Source: an uncultured Alphaproteobacteria bacterium
Lineage (GTDB): Bacteria; Pseudomonadota; Alphaproteobacteria; Methylaequorales; Methylaequoraceae
DNA: 64,000 bases
Direction of reading: 5' to 3'
NCBI GenBank assembly: GCA_902522465.1
Contig: CABYVV010000003.1
Location: forward strand, 2,262-66,261
Below the pieces are notes generated by a model that saw only the letters and a program-made list of their open reading frames with translations, made no database searches and had not been told where the DNA came from. The position numbers were made by a program, and so were the translations under genes. This document shows, in pieces, positions 32,385-44,070 of this stretch (position 1 is the stretch's first letter; each line of letters starts with the position of its first letter).

Positions 32385-33329
32385 TTAGCTTAATTTTAAC
32401 ATTGTATTTAAAGGCTTTTTCGCTTTTAAAAGTAATTCATTAGAAATATTAATTTCTGGTGAAAGATTTAGCATACAATCTCTTAATTTTTCCAGTGTAT
32501 TTAATTCCATGTATGGACAATTTGAACAAGAACAGTTTCCGTCATTCCCAGGTGCTACTAAAAATTCCTTTAATGGCTCATTTTTTTTCATTTGATGAAT
32601 TATATGTGGTTCAGTTGCAACAATAAATTTTTTAGAAATATCATCAGAGATAAATTTCAGCAAAGCTGAAGTGGATCCAATAAATTCAGCATGTTTAAGA
32701 ATATTTTCTGGACATTCTGGGTGAGCTATTATTTTTGAATCAGAATGTCTTACCTTCATCTTCACAAGTTCTCTTTCAGAAAATGTTTCATGAACAATAC
32801 ATGCACCGTTCCAAAGTTTCATGTTTCTTCCCGTCATTTTGTTTAAATAACTCCCAAGGTGCCTATCAGGTGCAAAAATAATCTTTTGATCTGTTGGTAA
32901 GCTATCCAGAATCTTTGACGCATTTGAAGATGTCACAATTATATCAGATTCAGCTTTAATCTCGGCTGAACAGTTTATGTAGGATAAAACTATATGATCA
33001 GGATTTTCCTTTTTAAATTTACGAAACTCTGAAACTTGGCAAGACTCCTCTAGCGAACATCCAGCATTTAAATCTGGTAAAATTACTTTTTTGTTTGGAC
33101 TCAGAATTTTTGCAACTTCAGCCATAAATTTTACACCACAGAAAACGATTATATCAGCATCATTTTTTTGTGCTTTTCTTGAAAGGTCCAGCGAATCTCC
33201 TATGAAATCTGCTATATCTTGAATGTCTTCGTCTTGATAAAAATGAGATAAAATTATTGCATTTTTTTCTTTCTTTAAAAATTCAATTTCTTCTTCAATA
33301 TGTTTAAAATTTTTGTTTAAGGATCTCAT
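32385..33329 (-). CDS. nadA: quinolinate synthase
   Basis: SHFYQDEDIQDIADFIGDSL, GVKFMAE, a C..C motif and a CPYM-type Fe-S ligand region. Confidence 0.92.
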   Translation of the reverse strand: MRSLNKNFKHIEEEIEFLKKEKNAIILSHFYQDEDIQDIADFIGDSLDLSRKAQKNDADIIVFCGVKFMAEVAKILSPNKKVILPDLNAGCSLEESCQVSEFRKFKKENPDHIVLSYINCSAEIKAESDIIVTSSNASKILDSLPTDQKIIFAPDRHLGSYLNKMTGRNMKLWNGACIVHETFSERELVKMKVRHSDSKIIAHPECPENILKHAEFIGSTSALLKFISDDISKKFIVATEPHIIHQMKKNEPLKEFLVAPGNDGNCSCSNCPYMELNTLEKLRDCMLNLSPEINISNELLLKAKKPLNTMLKLS

Positions 33330-33332
33330 GTT

Positions 33333-34370
33333 TTATCTGTAAAGTTTTAAATGTTTATTTATATAAGCATTGGAACCTATTTCTTTAAGCCTTGATATTG
33401 TTCTTTTAAATTCATGTGAATTTGTTTTTCCTATATATAATTTTTCTAATTCTACATGTGAAGATATTGAAAGTATATTTTTATTCTCATATACAACATC
33501 AACAAAGGAGATGAATCTTGCAAGAAGATTTTTTGAGTTTTCGTCCATTTGTATAATATTTCTAATAACAAAGAATTTAATTTTTTTTGAGATAATTTCA
33601 TAGTCCTGAAAAACAAAGTTTTTAGAAAAGAAATCCTCAAATTCTACATCAATAAGATTCCCATGAATATTTTCTAAAGTAAAGTTATTTCCTTTTCTTT
33701 TGAATTGCATCTCTTCTGCATCTAGATTTTTTGAGAGCCTTTTAACAATCAGGTTTTGTTTATTTGTAAAATGTGGTTGTTTAAGAAAAAAATAATTACT
33801 GTTAACTATACTTTTAACACGATAATCAACTTTTGATTTAATATTAATTGTTAAAAAGAAAAACTCTAATTTTTTTTGTATCTCTTTGCACAAATCCTGA
33901 TTTACTGGATCATTATAAATAATTGATAATTTTGTATTTCCGCTCATTATCAAAGGGATATTTATTTTTTTAATGTCACTGAGGAATTTATCAAATAAGA
34001 TCAAACTGGTTAAATTATTGATAAAAAATTCGTCTACTATTATTAATTTTTTTTCTTTAATCCTTTTGGCGAAATCAGAATTTTTTTTAGTTTTAGCCTG
34101 TAGATAAAATATAAGCTCATTGAAGTGTAGAATTATTGAGTCAGGATATACTGCTTTTAGTGCTTTTAGTAATATAGACTTTCCTACTCCAACAGCTCCA
34201 TAAATGTATATTCCAAGTTTAAAGTTTTTTCTAAGACTAAGTAAATTAAACCTTCTGTGTTGTTTTAAAATTTCATCTATTCTTGATATGACATTATGTT
34301 GACAGGGGTTAGGATTTATATGATTTTTCTGCTCTAAATATGATAAAAGTTTAGTTTTTAAATTTTTCAA
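33333..34370 (-). CDS. zapE: AFG1/ZapE family ATPase
   Basis: Walker A GAVGVGKS and Walker B LIIVDEF, about 345 aa. It lies between sdhB and the nad/mdh genes, as often seen in alphaproteobacteria. Confidence 0.75.
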   Translation of the reverse strand: MKNLKTKLLSYLEQKNHINPNPCQHNVISRIDEILKQHRRFNLLSLRKNFKLGIYIYGAVGVGKSILLKALKAVYPDSIILHFNELIFYLQAKTKKNSDFAKRIKEKKLIIVDEFFINNLTSLILFDKFLSDIKKINIPLIMSGNTKLSIIYNDPVNQDLCKEIQKKLEFFFLTINIKSKVDYRVKSIVNSNYFFLKQPHFTNKQNLIVKRLSKNLDAEEMQFKRKGNNFTLENIHGNLIDVEFEDFFSKNFVFQDYEIISKKIKFFVIRNIIQMDENSKNLLARFISFVDVVYENKNILSISSHVELEKLYIGKTNSHEFKRTISRLKEIGSNAYINKHLKLYR

Positions 34371-34372
34371 TA

Positions 34373-35131
34373 TTATGATGAAACTTGTAGTTTCTTTATT
34401 TCAGAGATTGCTTTTGCTGGATTTAGATTTTTTGGACAAGTTTTTGTACAATTCATGATTGTGTGACAGCGGTACAGTTTAAATTTATCTTTTAACTCCT
34501 CTAATCGTTCTTTCTTATTTTCATCTCTACTATCTACAATGAATCTATAGGCTTGAAGAAGTATGGCAGGACCTAAAAATTTGTCACCGTTCCACCAGTA
34601 GCTTGGACAAGATGTTGAGCAGCAAGCGCAAAGCACACACTCATATAAGCCATCAAGTTTCTTTCGATCCTCTGGAGTTTGTAGGTTTTCTTTTTTAGGG
34701 CTTTTATTATTTTTGAGCCAAGGTTGGATTGATTCGTATTGTTTATAGAAGTCACTCATATCTGGGATTAAGTCTTTCAAAACTCTCATATGTGGGAGAG
34801 GATAAATATTGATTTCTTCCCCTTCAATTGGTTTTAGACAAGCTAGTGTATTGGTACCATTTACATTCATGGAGCAAGAACCACAAATACCCTCTCTGCA
34901 TGATCTTCTGAATGTTAAAGAAGGGTCCATTTGATTTTTGATGAACATTAAAGCATCCAAGACCATAGGCCCAAGTTTTGATTTATTTATGTGAAATCTG
35001 TCTAACCTTGGATTTTCGTTGGATTCTCTATTCCATCTGTAAACATTGAATGTTATTGTATTTTTACCTTTTTTACCGAACTGTTTTCCCTCTACAACTC
35101 GGGAACTTTTTGGAAGTGTTAAACTGACCAT
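34373..35131 (-). CDS. sdhB: succinate dehydrogenase iron-sulfur subunit
   Basis: Cys clusters [24 protein letters not shown] and [12 protein letters not shown]. Confidence 0.96.
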   Translation of the reverse strand: MVSLTLPKSSRVVEGKQFGKKGKNTITFNVYRWNRESNENPRLDRFHINKSKLGPMVLDALMFIKNQMDPSLTFRRSCREGICGSCSMNVNGTNTLACLKPIEGEEINIYPLPHMRVLKDLIPDMSDFYKQYESIQPWLKNNKSPKKENLQTPEDRKKLDGLYECVLCACCSTSCPSYWWNGDKFLGPAILLQAYRFIVDSRDENKKERLEELKDKFKLYRCHTIMNCTKTCPKNLNPAKAISEIKKLQVSS

Positions 35132-35140
35132 AGGTATAAA

Positions 35141-36922
35141 TTAGTAAACTCTTGCTTTAGGTTCAATAGTTTTTATTTCTTTTGAATTGGTTTTTAAATT
35201 TACTCTCTTGTATTTGGTTTTCGTTTTCCCATTATTGCTTATTGAAATCATAGAATGTTTCATCCAATTTTTATCATCTCTATGTTTAAAGTCTATCCTT
35301 GAATGTGCTCCTCTACTTTCTTTTCTGTTAAGAGCGCTTTCTACACTAACAATTGATTGCGAGAGTAAGTTTTTTAATTCAAGGGCCTCTATGACCTCTG
35401 TATTCCAAATTAAACTTTTATCTGAAATATTAACATCCTTAAAATCTTCAAGTAATGATAGTAGTTTTTTTTTACCTTCAATCATTTTTTTTTCAGAGCG
35501 ATAAACTGGGCAGTAATTTTGCATTATGTGTTGCATCTCAAGTCTAATCGAGGAAACACTTTTGTTTCCATTGGATGTTCTTATTTTTTCAAATTCATCA
35601 ACTATTTTATTAATTTTGGAATCATCAATATTTGGGTTAGGAGAACTTTTTTTAATAATTTTTGCACATCTGCTAGCTGCAGATTTTCCAAAAACAACAA
35701 GATCTAATAGTGAATTAGATCCAAGCCTATTTGCACCATGAACGGATACGCATGCAGCTTCACCAATAGACATTAAACCAGGAACTACTGTTTCTTGTCC
35801 TTTACCATTAATATCTAAAACTTCACCGTGAATGTTAGTCGGAATACCTCCCATGTTGTAATGAACAGTAGGTTGAACAGGAATCGGCTTTTTCCTTACA
35901 TCAACACCAGCAAAAATTTTTGCTGATTCGGTTATCCCAGGAAGCTTTTCTTGAAGCACTTGGGGATCAAGATGATGAAGATTTAAATGTATGTGATCTT
36001 TTCTCGGACCGCATCCTCTGCCTTCCATAATTTCAGTTGTCATTGACCTCGATACGACATCTCTACTTGCAAGATCCTTTGCGTTTGGAGCATATCTTTC
36101 CATAAATCTTTCTCCATTTGCATTTGTGAGATAACCTCCTTCTCCTCTTGCTCCTTCAGTAATAAGAACTCCAACTCCATATATACCAGTTGGATGAAAT
36201 TGAGTGAATTCCATATCTTGAAGAGGAAGACCAGCTCTCAATACCATGCCACCTCCATCACCTGTGCATGTGTGTGCCGATGTACACGAAAAATACGCTC
36301 TTCCATATCCACCAGTTGCTAAGATAACCATTTTGGATGAAAAAATGTAAAAGTTTCCATCATGAAGATTGAAGGTTAGAACACCGCAACATTCATTTTT
36401 TTTATTCATTATTAAATCAATTGCAAAATATTCAATAAAAAAATCTGCATTGTGCGAAAGTGACTTCTGATAAAGCGTATGAAGCATTGCGTGCCCTGTC
36501 CTGTCAGCAGCTGCACATGTTCGCTGAGCTATACCTTCACCAAAATGTGTGGTCATCCCCCCAAATGGTCTTTGATAAATTTCCCCTTTTTCTGTTCTTG
36601 AAAAAGGTACTCCGAAATGCTCAAGCTCAATTACAGCACTTGGAGCTTCCTTACACATAAATGCAATTGCATCCTGGTCTCCTAACCAGTCGGATCCCTT
36701 GACAGTATCGTACATATGCCACTTCCAGTCATCTTCACCCATATTACCAAGTGCCGCGCTTATACCCCCCTGAGCTGCAACAGTATGACTTCTTGTGGGG
36801 AAAACTTTAGAAATACAAGCTGTTTTAAGACCAGCAGATGCGCATCCCATAACTGCTCTTAAGCCAGAGCCCCCTGCGCCAACAACTACAACATCGAAAT
36901 CTAATTTTTTTATTTCCTTCAT
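35141..36922 (-). CDS. sdhA: succinate dehydrogenase flavoprotein subunit
   Basis: [11 protein letters not shown], the covalent-FAD His context SHTVAAQGG, and the HPTG and GANRLG motifs. Confidence 0.98.
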   Translation of the reverse strand: MKEIKKLDFDVVVVGAGGSGLRAVMGCASAGLKTACISKVFPTRSHTVAAQGGISAALGNMGEDDWKWHMYDTVKGSDWLGDQDAIAFMCKEAPSAVIELEHFGVPFSRTEKGEIYQRPFGGMTTHFGEGIAQRTCAAADRTGHAMLHTLYQKSLSHNADFFIEYFAIDLIMNKKNECCGVLTFNLHDGNFYIFSSKMVILATGGYGRAYFSCTSAHTCTGDGGGMVLRAGLPLQDMEFTQFHPTGIYGVGVLITEGARGEGGYLTNANGERFMERYAPNAKDLASRDVVSRSMTTEIMEGRGCGPRKDHIHLNLHHLDPQVLQEKLPGITESAKIFAGVDVRKKPIPVQPTVHYNMGGIPTNIHGEVLDINGKGQETVVPGLMSIGEAACVSVHGANRLGSNSLLDLVVFGKSAASRCAKIIKKSSPNPNIDDSKINKIVDEFEKIRTSNGNKSVSSIRLEMQHIMQNYCPVYRSEKKMIEGKKKLLSLLEDFKDVNISDKSLIWNTEVIEALELKNLLSQSIVSVESALNRKESRGAHSRIDFKHRDDKNWMKHSMISISNNGKTKTKYKRVNLKTNSKEIKTIEPKARVY

Positions 36923-37254
36923 GACAATAATAATTTAGTTAAACTAAATATTGTTATAATAAAAAGAACTGCAAAGAAAAAGTTTTTAATTAGTAAAACT
37001 TTTTTTTTGATACTTTGATTATGGAAATAGTCATCAATGATAGAAGTTAGTCCAATGTTTGAATGAAGAAGGATAGAAGCAAACAAAATAAATATTGCAA
37101 TTGAATTTACGTAATTACTTAACCATTTTGTAACGATTTCGTAATCAGTTAATACCAAATCATCAATTGAATAGATTGTATATGCAGACGCTATCAAAAA
37201 AATAGAAGCAAAAACTTTTTGAAGCAACCATTTTGAAGTATAGTCAATCTTCAT
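36919..37254 (-). CDS. sdhD: succinate dehydrogenase hydrophobic membrane anchor subunit
   Basis: 111 aa with three TM helices, lying between sdhC and sdhA with ATGA overlaps. Confidence 0.75.
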   Translation of the reverse strand: MKIDYTSKWLLQKVFASIFLIASAYTIYSIDDLVLTDYEIVTKWLSNYVNSIAIFILFASILLHSNIGLTSIIDDYFHNQSIKKKVLLIKNFFFAVLFIITIFSLTKLLLS

Positions 37255-37637
37255 GTGAAAAGTCCTAGAAAGATTGACAAACTTGTACCAAGAATAAAGG
37301 TTAATAAAATAATTATATAACCCAGTATTGTCGATGACCTAATTTCAAGAAAAAAACCAAAATCCCAGAAAATATGTCTTATACCATTCAACAAATGGTA
37401 GGAAAATCCGAGTATAGTCAAGAAGAAGATTATTCTGAGCGGGACTGTTTTTAAAATCTCAATGTAAAATAGAAAATGGATCTCTCCTAAAGCTATGCTT
37501 AAAAGACCTAAAACCAGAATTACTAAAGAGAAGTTTAGAGCAAACCCAGTTATTCTGTGTGATATCGACAATACAGAAGTAATTTGGGGTTTATATATTT
37601 GGAGATGAGGTGAAAGTGGTAAGTTTTCTTTTTTCAT
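37251..37637 (-). CDS. sdhC: succinate dehydrogenase cytochrome b556 subunit
   Basis: PLSPHLQIYKPQITSVLSISHRITG is the canonical SdhC N-terminus. Confidence 0.85.
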   Translation of the reverse strand: MKKENLPLSPHLQIYKPQITSVLSISHRITGFALNFSLVILVLGLLSIALGEIHFLFYIEILKTVPLRIIFFLTILGFSYHLLNGIRHIFWDFGFFLEIRSSTILGYIIILLTFILGTSLSIFLGLFT

Positions 37638-38680
37638 TTTTCTTTCACTGGAATAAGAACTGAGTATTCTATATCGAGGACTATATTTTCTTTGAGATTC
37701 TTTTTATCAGGGAAGACCATTTCCGAGTTATTTTTTGAAGCTAAGGTTCTAATCATCATTGTTCCAAGATTGTTAGTTAATTTTTCTTTTTTTATAATTT
37801 TTGACCAAACATAGATGGTATCTCCGGAGAATGTTGGAGATGAATGTTTTCCAGAGTGTATGGCAGCAATCTTAAAAGTGTTAGCTAGTCCATTACAACT
37901 GATTGCCCTTGCTAGAGATATTATATAGCCTCCATAAATTATTCTCTTTCCAAACCTTCCATCCTTTTCAATATGATTATTAAAATGAACTCTTGCATTG
38001 TTTTGATATAAACGAGTTGCCAACTGGTGTTCCGCTTCCTCAATTGTTTGTCCATCTAGGTGATGAATCTCCTCACCTTCTTTATAATCATCAAAAAAAA
38101 ATGGACTTCCTGATACATCTGATGACCAGTTTTCTAATTTCAAATTTTTTGGAATCATAAAATCAGAAGTTTCAACTTTAGTTGGCAAATCTGGAACAAA
38201 GCTTTTAAAAGACTTGATCATTCCTTCTTTTTTCTTTCTCATCATTAACCATCTGAAATAAGTTAAAACAATCTCTCCATTTTGATTTTTTCCAATAGAT
38301 TTTACATAAACAGTTCCTGTTTTGCCGTTTGAGTTTTCCTTAAGACCAATAACCTTGGAGCTAGCGGTTAATGTATCACCAACATATGCCGGTTTATTGA
38401 AAATGACCCCAGCATATCCCAAGTTAGCAATTGCATTAAGAGAAAGGTCTGGAACAGTTCTTCCAAAAACTAAATGAAATGATAAAATATCATCTACTGG
38501 TGTTTTATTGAATCCAACATCTTTTGAAAATATAGCTGAATAATTTAGTGGAAATCTACTTCCTGTAGTTGAAAGATAAATAGATATATCACCCTCAGTA
38601 ATTGTTCTTGGAACACTGTGTTTAATTTCCTCATTTAAACTATAGTCTTCAAAATAACGACTTTTAAAGTTTTTGCTCAT
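37634..38680 (-). CDS. MaoC-family double hot-dog (de)hydratase, possibly of the mesaconyl-CoA hydratase class
   Basis: 348 aa, about twice the length of a single MaoC domain. The N-terminal half (FEDY...PRTITEGDI...NAIANLGYAG...GDTL) and the C-terminal half (HFNNH...GKRIIYGGY) both look hot-dog-like. The subfamily assignment is from memory and unverified. Confidence 0.55.
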   Translation of the reverse strand: MSKNFKSRYFEDYSLNEEIKHSVPRTITEGDISIYLSTTGSRFPLNYSAIFSKDVGFNKTPVDDILSFHLVFGRTVPDLSLNAIANLGYAGVIFNKPAYVGDTLTASSKVIGLKENSNGKTGTVYVKSIGKNQNGEIVLTYFRWLMMRKKKEGMIKSFKSFVPDLPTKVETSDFMIPKNLKLENWSSDVSGSPFFFDDYKEGEEIHHLDGQTIEEAEHQLATRLYQNNARVHFNNHIEKDGRFGKRIIYGGYIISLARAISCNGLANTFKIAAIHSGKHSSPTFSGDTIYVWSKIIKKEKLTNNLGTMMIRTLASKNNSEMVFPDKKNLKENIVLDIEYSVLIPVKEK

Positions 38681-39690
38681 AATTTTTTTTTCTTTACTAA
38701 TAGTTCTGCTATTTGAACAGTATTTAAGGCTGCTCCTTTTCTAAGATTATCGGCAACTACCCAAAGACCTAGCGTTTTCTTATTATATCCCAATCTCATT
38801 CGACTAATAAACACATCGTCTTCTCCTGCAGATTCGTCTGGTGTTACATAGCCTCCATCAATTCTTTTATCTACTAAAGACAATCCTGAAATCTTTTTTA
38901 TCTTTGTTGTAAGTTTTTTTAGATCTACTGGTTTTTCAGTTTCCACATATATCGACTCACCATGCCCAACAAACACAGGAACCCTAACACATGTCGAAAA
39001 AACTTCAATCTTAGAATTTAAAATTTTTTTTGTTTCTTCAATCATTTTATTTTCCTCTTTAGTATTTCCGTCATCAAGAAAATCATCTATATGTGGTATT
39101 AGATTAAAGGCTATTCTCTTTGTAAATTTTTTAGGAATTAGTGGTTTATTTTTATAAACATCTAATGTTTGATGAAATAGTTCATCCATTGCTGCCTTTC
39201 CAGCACCGGAAGTTGATTGATAAGTTGAAACAATTATTTTTTTTATTTTAAAAAGATCTTCAATCGGTTTGAGGGCTACCAACATCTGAATTGTCGAACA
39301 ATTTGGGTTTGCAATTATCTTTTTTTTTAGATTCGAGATATCATCAGGATTTACTTCAGGAATAATCAATGGAATATCTTTTTTTAATCTAAAGAAAGAT
39401 GTATTGTCTATTACTATTGCACCCTCTTTCGTTGCTTTTGGAACAAATTTTTCTGATACTTTGGAGCCAGGAGATGAAAGAACAAGATCAATATCTTTAA
39501 ACTTAAACTTATCTAGGGATTGAACTGTTAATTCATTGTCATTTCCATATGAAATTTTTATTCCCTCCGACTTTGAAGATGCTAGTGCATATATTTTATT
39601 GACTGGAAATTTTCTTGAGTCAAGAATATTTAAAATCTCTCTTCCAACATTTCCAGTCGCTCCTACTATAGCAATATTAAATTTTTTCAT
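38677..39690 (-). CDS. asd: aspartate-semialdehyde dehydrogenase
   Basis: [10 protein letters not shown], active-site NPNCSTIQ and [10 protein letters not shown]. Confidence 0.95.
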   Translation of the reverse strand: MKKFNIAIVGATGNVGREILNILDSRKFPVNKIYALASSKSEGIKISYGNDNELTVQSLDKFKFKDIDLVLSSPGSKVSEKFVPKATKEGAIVIDNTSFFRLKKDIPLIIPEVNPDDISNLKKKIIANPNCSTIQMLVALKPIEDLFKIKKIIVSTYQSTSGAGKAAMDELFHQTLDVYKNKPLIPKKFTKRIAFNLIPHIDDFLDDGNTKEENKMIEETKKILNSKIEVFSTCVRVPVFVGHGESIYVETEKPVDLKKLTTKIKKISGLSLVDKRIDGGYVTPDESAGEDDVFISRMRLGYNKKTLGLWVVADNLRKGAALNTVQIAELLVKKKKL

Positions 39691-40783
39691 TACTTAATTC
39701 CTTTAAAACTAGATCACCCATTTCAAATGTTGAAACTGGCTGGGTACCTTTACTTGAAATATCCTTTGTTCTATATCCCTTTGAAAGAACAGAATTCACG
39801 GCTTTATTTATTAATTCATATAAAGATTGATTTTCAAAAGTATATTTAAACATCATTGCAACACTAAGTATCATTGCTAAAGGATTCGAAATACCCTTTC
39901 CAGCAATATCTGGAGCTGAACCATGCACAGGTTCATACATTGCTTTCTGTTTACCATTTTTAGAAAATCCTAGCGATGCTGAAGGAAGCATCCCTAGTGA
40001 GCCCGTAAGCATAGAAGCACAATCCGATAAAATATCACCGAACATATTTGTTGTGACAATAACGTCAAACTGCTTTGGATTTCTGACTAGTTGCATTGCG
40101 GCATTGTCAACATACATATGCGAAACTTCAACTTCTGGATATTTCTTTGAGGTCTTATTTACAACTTCTCTCCATAATTCTGTAGCCTCAAGAACATTGG
40201 CTTTATCAATAGAGCATAACTTTTTTGATCTTTTCATTGCAGTATCAAACGCAATATTGGCAATCCTTTCTATTTCAAAGGTGGTGTAGCTCAAGGTATT
40301 AAAACCCTTGAAATTATTTTTATCAATTTTTTTAATTCCTCTAGGTTCACCAAAATAAATACCACTAGTTAATTCTCGAATAATAAGTATGTCTAGGCCT
40401 TTAATTATTTCAGGTTTAAGACTAGAAGCATCAAGTAGTGGATCAAATACAAACGCTGGCCGTAAGTTTGCAAATAAATCTAGCTCTTTTCTAATTTTTA
40501 AAAGTCCTCTTTCTGGTCTTTTTTCAAATTCTAAATTTTCCCATTTTGGTCCACCAACTGCACCTAAAATTATTGCATCGGATTGTTTTATTCGCTTCAG
40601 TGTTTCCTCAGATAGTGGGGTTCCAAATATATCAATAGATACCCCACCTACATATTCTTCTTTCAACTTAATACTAAGATCAAATTTTTTAGAAGCCCAG
40701 TTGATGATTTTCATAGCTTCCTGAGAAATTTCTTTTCCAATACCATCACCAGGAAGTATGGAGATATTTAAATTTTTTTTCAT
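39677..40783 (-). CDS. leuB: 3-isopropylmalate dehydrogenase
   Basis: [23 protein letters not shown] and [11 protein letters not shown]. Confidence 0.96.
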   Translation of the reverse strand: MKKNLNISILPGDGIGKEISQEAMKIINWASKKFDLSIKLKEEYVGGVSIDIFGTPLSEETLKRIKQSDAIILGAVGGPKWENLEFEKRPERGLLKIRKELDLFANLRPAFVFDPLLDASSLKPEIIKGLDILIIRELTSGIYFGEPRGIKKIDKNNFKGFNTLSYTTFEIERIANIAFDTAMKRSKKLCSIDKANVLEATELWREVVNKTSKKYPEVEVSHMYVDNAAMQLVRNPKQFDVIVTTNMFGDILSDCASMLTGSLGMLPSASLGFSKNGKQKAMYEPVHGSAPDIAGKGISNPLAMILSVAMMFKYTFENQSLYELINKAVNSVLSKGYRTKDISSKGTQPVSTFEMGDLVLKELSNEKI

Positions 40784-40810
40784 TTTACTTTTGGTGGTGT
40801 AAATATTTTA

Positions 40811-41416
40811 TTACAAAGTTAACCAAGATTTTGACTTCATAATATGATTTTCAAACATATCTATTTTTTCAGAATTTTTCATTGTAAGGGCTATATCATC
40901 TAGACCTTCTAATAGACATTTTTTTCTAAATGAATCAATATCAAACTTAATTATATGATCTTTCTCGCTAATTATTTGTTGTTTCTCAAGGTCAACAGAA
41001 ATCAATTTTTTGTTTTCTGCTTCTTTCATTAAAAAATCTGTATCTTTTAGATCTAATTTTATAGGAAGGATTCCATTTTTGAAACAATTATTAAAAAAAA
41101 TGTCAGCAAAGCTTGGGGCAATAATACACCTAAACCCATAGTCAAGTAAAGACCATGGCGCATGTTCTCGGCTACTGCCACAACCAAAATTTTCTCCAGT
41201 TACAAGAATCACAGAGTCTTTATAATAATCCCAATTTAAAATAAAATCGTTTTTGAGATTGCCATTTAAATCGTATCTTAATTCATGAAAAAGATTTTTA
41301 CCCAAACCAGATCTTTTTATCGTTTTTAGAAACTGTTTTGGTATTATCATATCTGTATCAACATTAATCATTGGTAATGGTGCGGCTTTTCCTTTTAAAA
41401 AATTAAATTTTTGCAT
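40811..41416 (-). CDS. leuD: 3-isopropylmalate dehydratase small subunit
   Basis: NVDTDMIIPKQFLK and GENFGCGSSREHAPW. Confidence 0.95.
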   Translation of the reverse strand: MQKFNFLKGKAAPLPMINVDTDMIIPKQFLKTIKRSGLGKNLFHELRYDLNGNLKNDFILNWDYYKDSVILVTGENFGCGSSREHAPWSLLDYGFRCIIAPSFADIFFNNCFKNGILPIKLDLKDTDFLMKEAENKKLISVDLEKQQIISEKDHIIKFDIDSFRKKCLLEGLDDIALTMKNSEKIDMFENHIMKSKSWLTL

Positions 41417-42810
41417 TACGTATCCTCAACTAAACTTAGTTTACCTTTTATTGCTGTAGCTGCAGCTACAGCAGGGCTTACAAGATGTGTTCTTCCATCT
41501 CTTCCTTGTCTTCCTTCAAAGTTTCTATTGGAGGTTGATGCACACCTTTCTTTTGGTTTAAGTTGATCAGGATTCATTGCCAAACACATTGAACAACCTG
41601 GCTCCCTCCAATCGAATCCAGCACTGATTAAAATTTTATCTATCCCCTCTTTTTCTGCTTGTTCTTTAACAAGACCTGAACCAGGGACTATCATGGAGCT
41701 TACGGTTACCTTCTTACCTTTAACAACTTTTGCCACTTCTCTTAGATCTTCAATTCTTCCATTTGTACAAGAGCCTATAAACACTCTGTCAATTTTAATG
41801 TCTTTGATTTTTTGATTTGGTTTGAGTCCCATATATTCTAATGATCTTTCTATAGCATTTCTTCTATTTAAATCTTTAAAATTCTTGGGATCGGGTATTT
41901 GTCCATTTATTGGTGCTACATCCTGAGGACTTGTTCCCCATGTAACTTGAGGTTCAATAGAGCTTGCTTTTATTTTTATTTCTTTTTCATAAACTGAATT
42001 TCTATCTGATGGTAAGGTTTTCCAATAGGATATTGCCTTCTTCCATTCTTCACCTTTTGGAGCATAAGGTCTCCCTTGGATATAATTATATGTTTTTTCG
42101 TCTGGTGCAATTAGTCCTGCTCTAGCACCTGCTTCAATACTCATATTACAAATAGTCATTCTGCCTTCCATTGACAAATTTCTTATTGCTTCTCCTGAAT
42201 ATTCAATGACGTATCCTGTGCCACCTGCTGTACCTATTTTGCCAATAATTTTTAAAATAACGTCCTTTGATGTTACACTTGGACTTAAGCTACCGCTGAT
42301 ATTTATTCTCATATTCTTAGCCGGCTTTTGAATCAAAGTCTGTGTTGCTAGAACATGCTCAACTTCACTGGTTCCAATTCCAAATGCCAAGGCTCCGAAC
42401 GCTCCATGTGTTGCAGTATGACTATCACCACAAACTATAGTCATTCCCGGTTGTGTGATTCCCTGTTCTGGACCGACAATATGAACAATTCCTTGTCTTT
42501 TATCAAGAAGGGGAAATAGAGTTACATCAAAATCTTTGCAATTTTTCTCTAATGTTTCTACCTGTATTCTACTTTCCAGATTTTCTATACCGTTTGTTCT
42601 GTCGCTAGTGGGTACATTGTGATCTGCAACTGCAAATGTTTGCTGCGGTCTTCTAACTTTTCTATTACTGTTTCTCAATCCATCAAATGCTTGCGGACTT
42701 GTAACTTCATGAACGAGGTGCCTATCTATGTATATCAGCCAAGAACCACCACCTTGTTTGTCTATTAAATGGCTATCCCATATTTTGTCAAATAATGTTT
42801 TAGGTTTCAT
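41416..42810 (-). CDS. leuC: 3-isopropylmalate dehydratase large subunit
   Basis: [20 protein letters not shown] and [11 protein letters not shown] aconitase-family motifs. Confidence 0.97.
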   Translation of the reverse strand: MKPKTLFDKIWDSHLIDKQGGGSWLIYIDRHLVHEVTSPQAFDGLRNSNRKVRRPQQTFAVADHNVPTSDRTNGIENLESRIQVETLEKNCKDFDVTLFPLLDKRQGIVHIVGPEQGITQPGMTIVCGDSHTATHGAFGALAFGIGTSEVEHVLATQTLIQKPAKNMRINISGSLSPSVTSKDVILKIIGKIGTAGGTGYVIEYSGEAIRNLSMEGRMTICNMSIEAGARAGLIAPDEKTYNYIQGRPYAPKGEEWKKAISYWKTLPSDRNSVYEKEIKIKASSIEPQVTWGTSPQDVAPINGQIPDPKNFKDLNRRNAIERSLEYMGLKPNQKIKDIKIDRVFIGSCTNGRIEDLREVAKVVKGKKVTVSSMIVPGSGLVKEQAEKEGIDKILISAGFDWREPGCSMCLAMNPDQLKPKERCASTSNRNFEGRQGRDGRTHLVSPAVAAATAIKGKLSLVEDT

Positions 42811-42847
42811 ATTTTAAATATATAACCCATAGAATGTCTAAAAAGTA

Positions 42848-43366
42848 TTATTTTTTTTCAACTGTAGTATCTTTTTTTTCCGTTAAATTCGAGTCATTAC
42901 TTTTCGTCTCATCTTTGCTTGTATTTTCTTTTGTTGATTCAATTTTTTTTTCAACTGTTTTTTTGTCTTTTTCTACTTCAGGTTTAAGATTACGAATTTG
43001 TTCGTTTGTTAGATTTTTTTCAGCTATTCTAGCTGATTTCCCGCTTCGTTCTCTTAAATAATAAAGTTTAGATCTTCTAACGTCCCCTACTTTAACAACT
43101 TCAATTTTATTAATTTGGGGTGAAAATAAAGGCAAAACTCTTTCAATTCCCTCTCCGTATGAAATTTTTCTTACAGTAAAGGAAGAATTAATTCCAGCAT
43201 TTTTTTTTGCAATACATACACCTTCAAAAACCTGAATCCTTTCTTTCTCCCCTTCTTTGACTTTGAGATGAACTTTAATAGTATCCCCCGAACTAAAGTC
43301 AGGAAGTTTTTTATTCATCTTCAACTCGTTTAGATGATTCTTTTCAAATTTTTCTAGTGTATTCAT
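42848..43366 (-). CDS. rplS: 50S ribosomal protein L19 with a C-terminal K/E/T-rich tail of about 57 aa
   Basis: [11 protein letters not shown]...[15 protein letters not shown]...[18 protein letters not shown] is canonical bL19. The extra tail is encoded by 42851-43021. Confidence 0.92.
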   Translation of the reverse strand: MNTLEKFEKNHLNELKMNKKLPDFSSGDTIKVHLKVKEGEKERIQVFEGVCIAKKNAGINSSFTVRKISYGEGIERVLPLFSPQINKIEVVKVGDVRRSKLYYLRERSGKSARIAEKNLTNEQIRNLKPEVEKDKKTVEKKIESTKENTSKDETKSNDSNLTEKKDTTVEKK

Positions 43367-44070
43367 ACTTCCTCCTTCTTACTTTTATTGAATTTTATAA
43401 TCAAGTCTGGTCTTATCTTTTTAGTTTTTTCAATTGACTTCTTTAATCTCCAATCTGAAATTTCTCTATGATTTCCATTTAAAAGAATTTCTGGAACCTT
43501 TATACCTTCCCAATTATATGGTTTGGTATATTGAGGATACTCTAGTAAATGGTTCTGAAAACTTTCAGATTTTAAACTATTTTTATTACCTAATACTTCA
43601 GGAATTAATCTTACGCAAGTGTCAATTAAAATAAATGATGCTATTTCACCTCCTGATAATACATAATCACCGACAGAAATTTCTTCTATTTTATTTTTTT
43701 TTAAAAATCTATCATCAATTCCCTCATACTTACCACAAATCAAGATTAATTCTTTAATTTTTACTAAATCACCAATCAATTCTGTGTTTAACTGTTTTCC
43801 ACCTGGTGAGAGAAAAATAACTTTACTTTTACATTCTAGATTTTTTTTTGCAGATTCAAGAGCTCTTTGCATTATATCTGCTTTAATTACCATACCAGCA
43901 CCACCACCATAAGGAGTGTCATCAACTGATTTTGATTTTTTTTCAGAAAAGTCACGTATATTGACCGTTTCAATTGTGAAAATTTTTTTTTTCAAGGCCT
44001 TTCCAATAAGAGAGTATTTTAAAGGACCTGGAAAGATCTCCGGAAATAAAGTGAGAATTTTAAACTTCAT
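43363..44070 (-). CDS. trmD: tRNA (guanine37-N1)-methyltransferase
   Basis: [21 protein letters not shown] and [10 protein letters not shown] motifs. Confidence 0.95.
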   Translation of the reverse strand: MKFKILTLFPEIFPGPLKYSLIGKALKKKIFTIETVNIRDFSEKKSKSVDDTPYGGGAGMVIKADIMQRALESAKKNLECKSKVIFLSPGGKQLNTELIGDLVKIKELILICGKYEGIDDRFLKKNKIEEISVGDYVLSGGEIASFILIDTCVRLIPEVLGNKNSLKSESFQNHLLEYPQYTKPYNWEGIKVPEILLNGNHREISDWRLKKSIEKTKKIRPDLIIKFNKSKKEEV

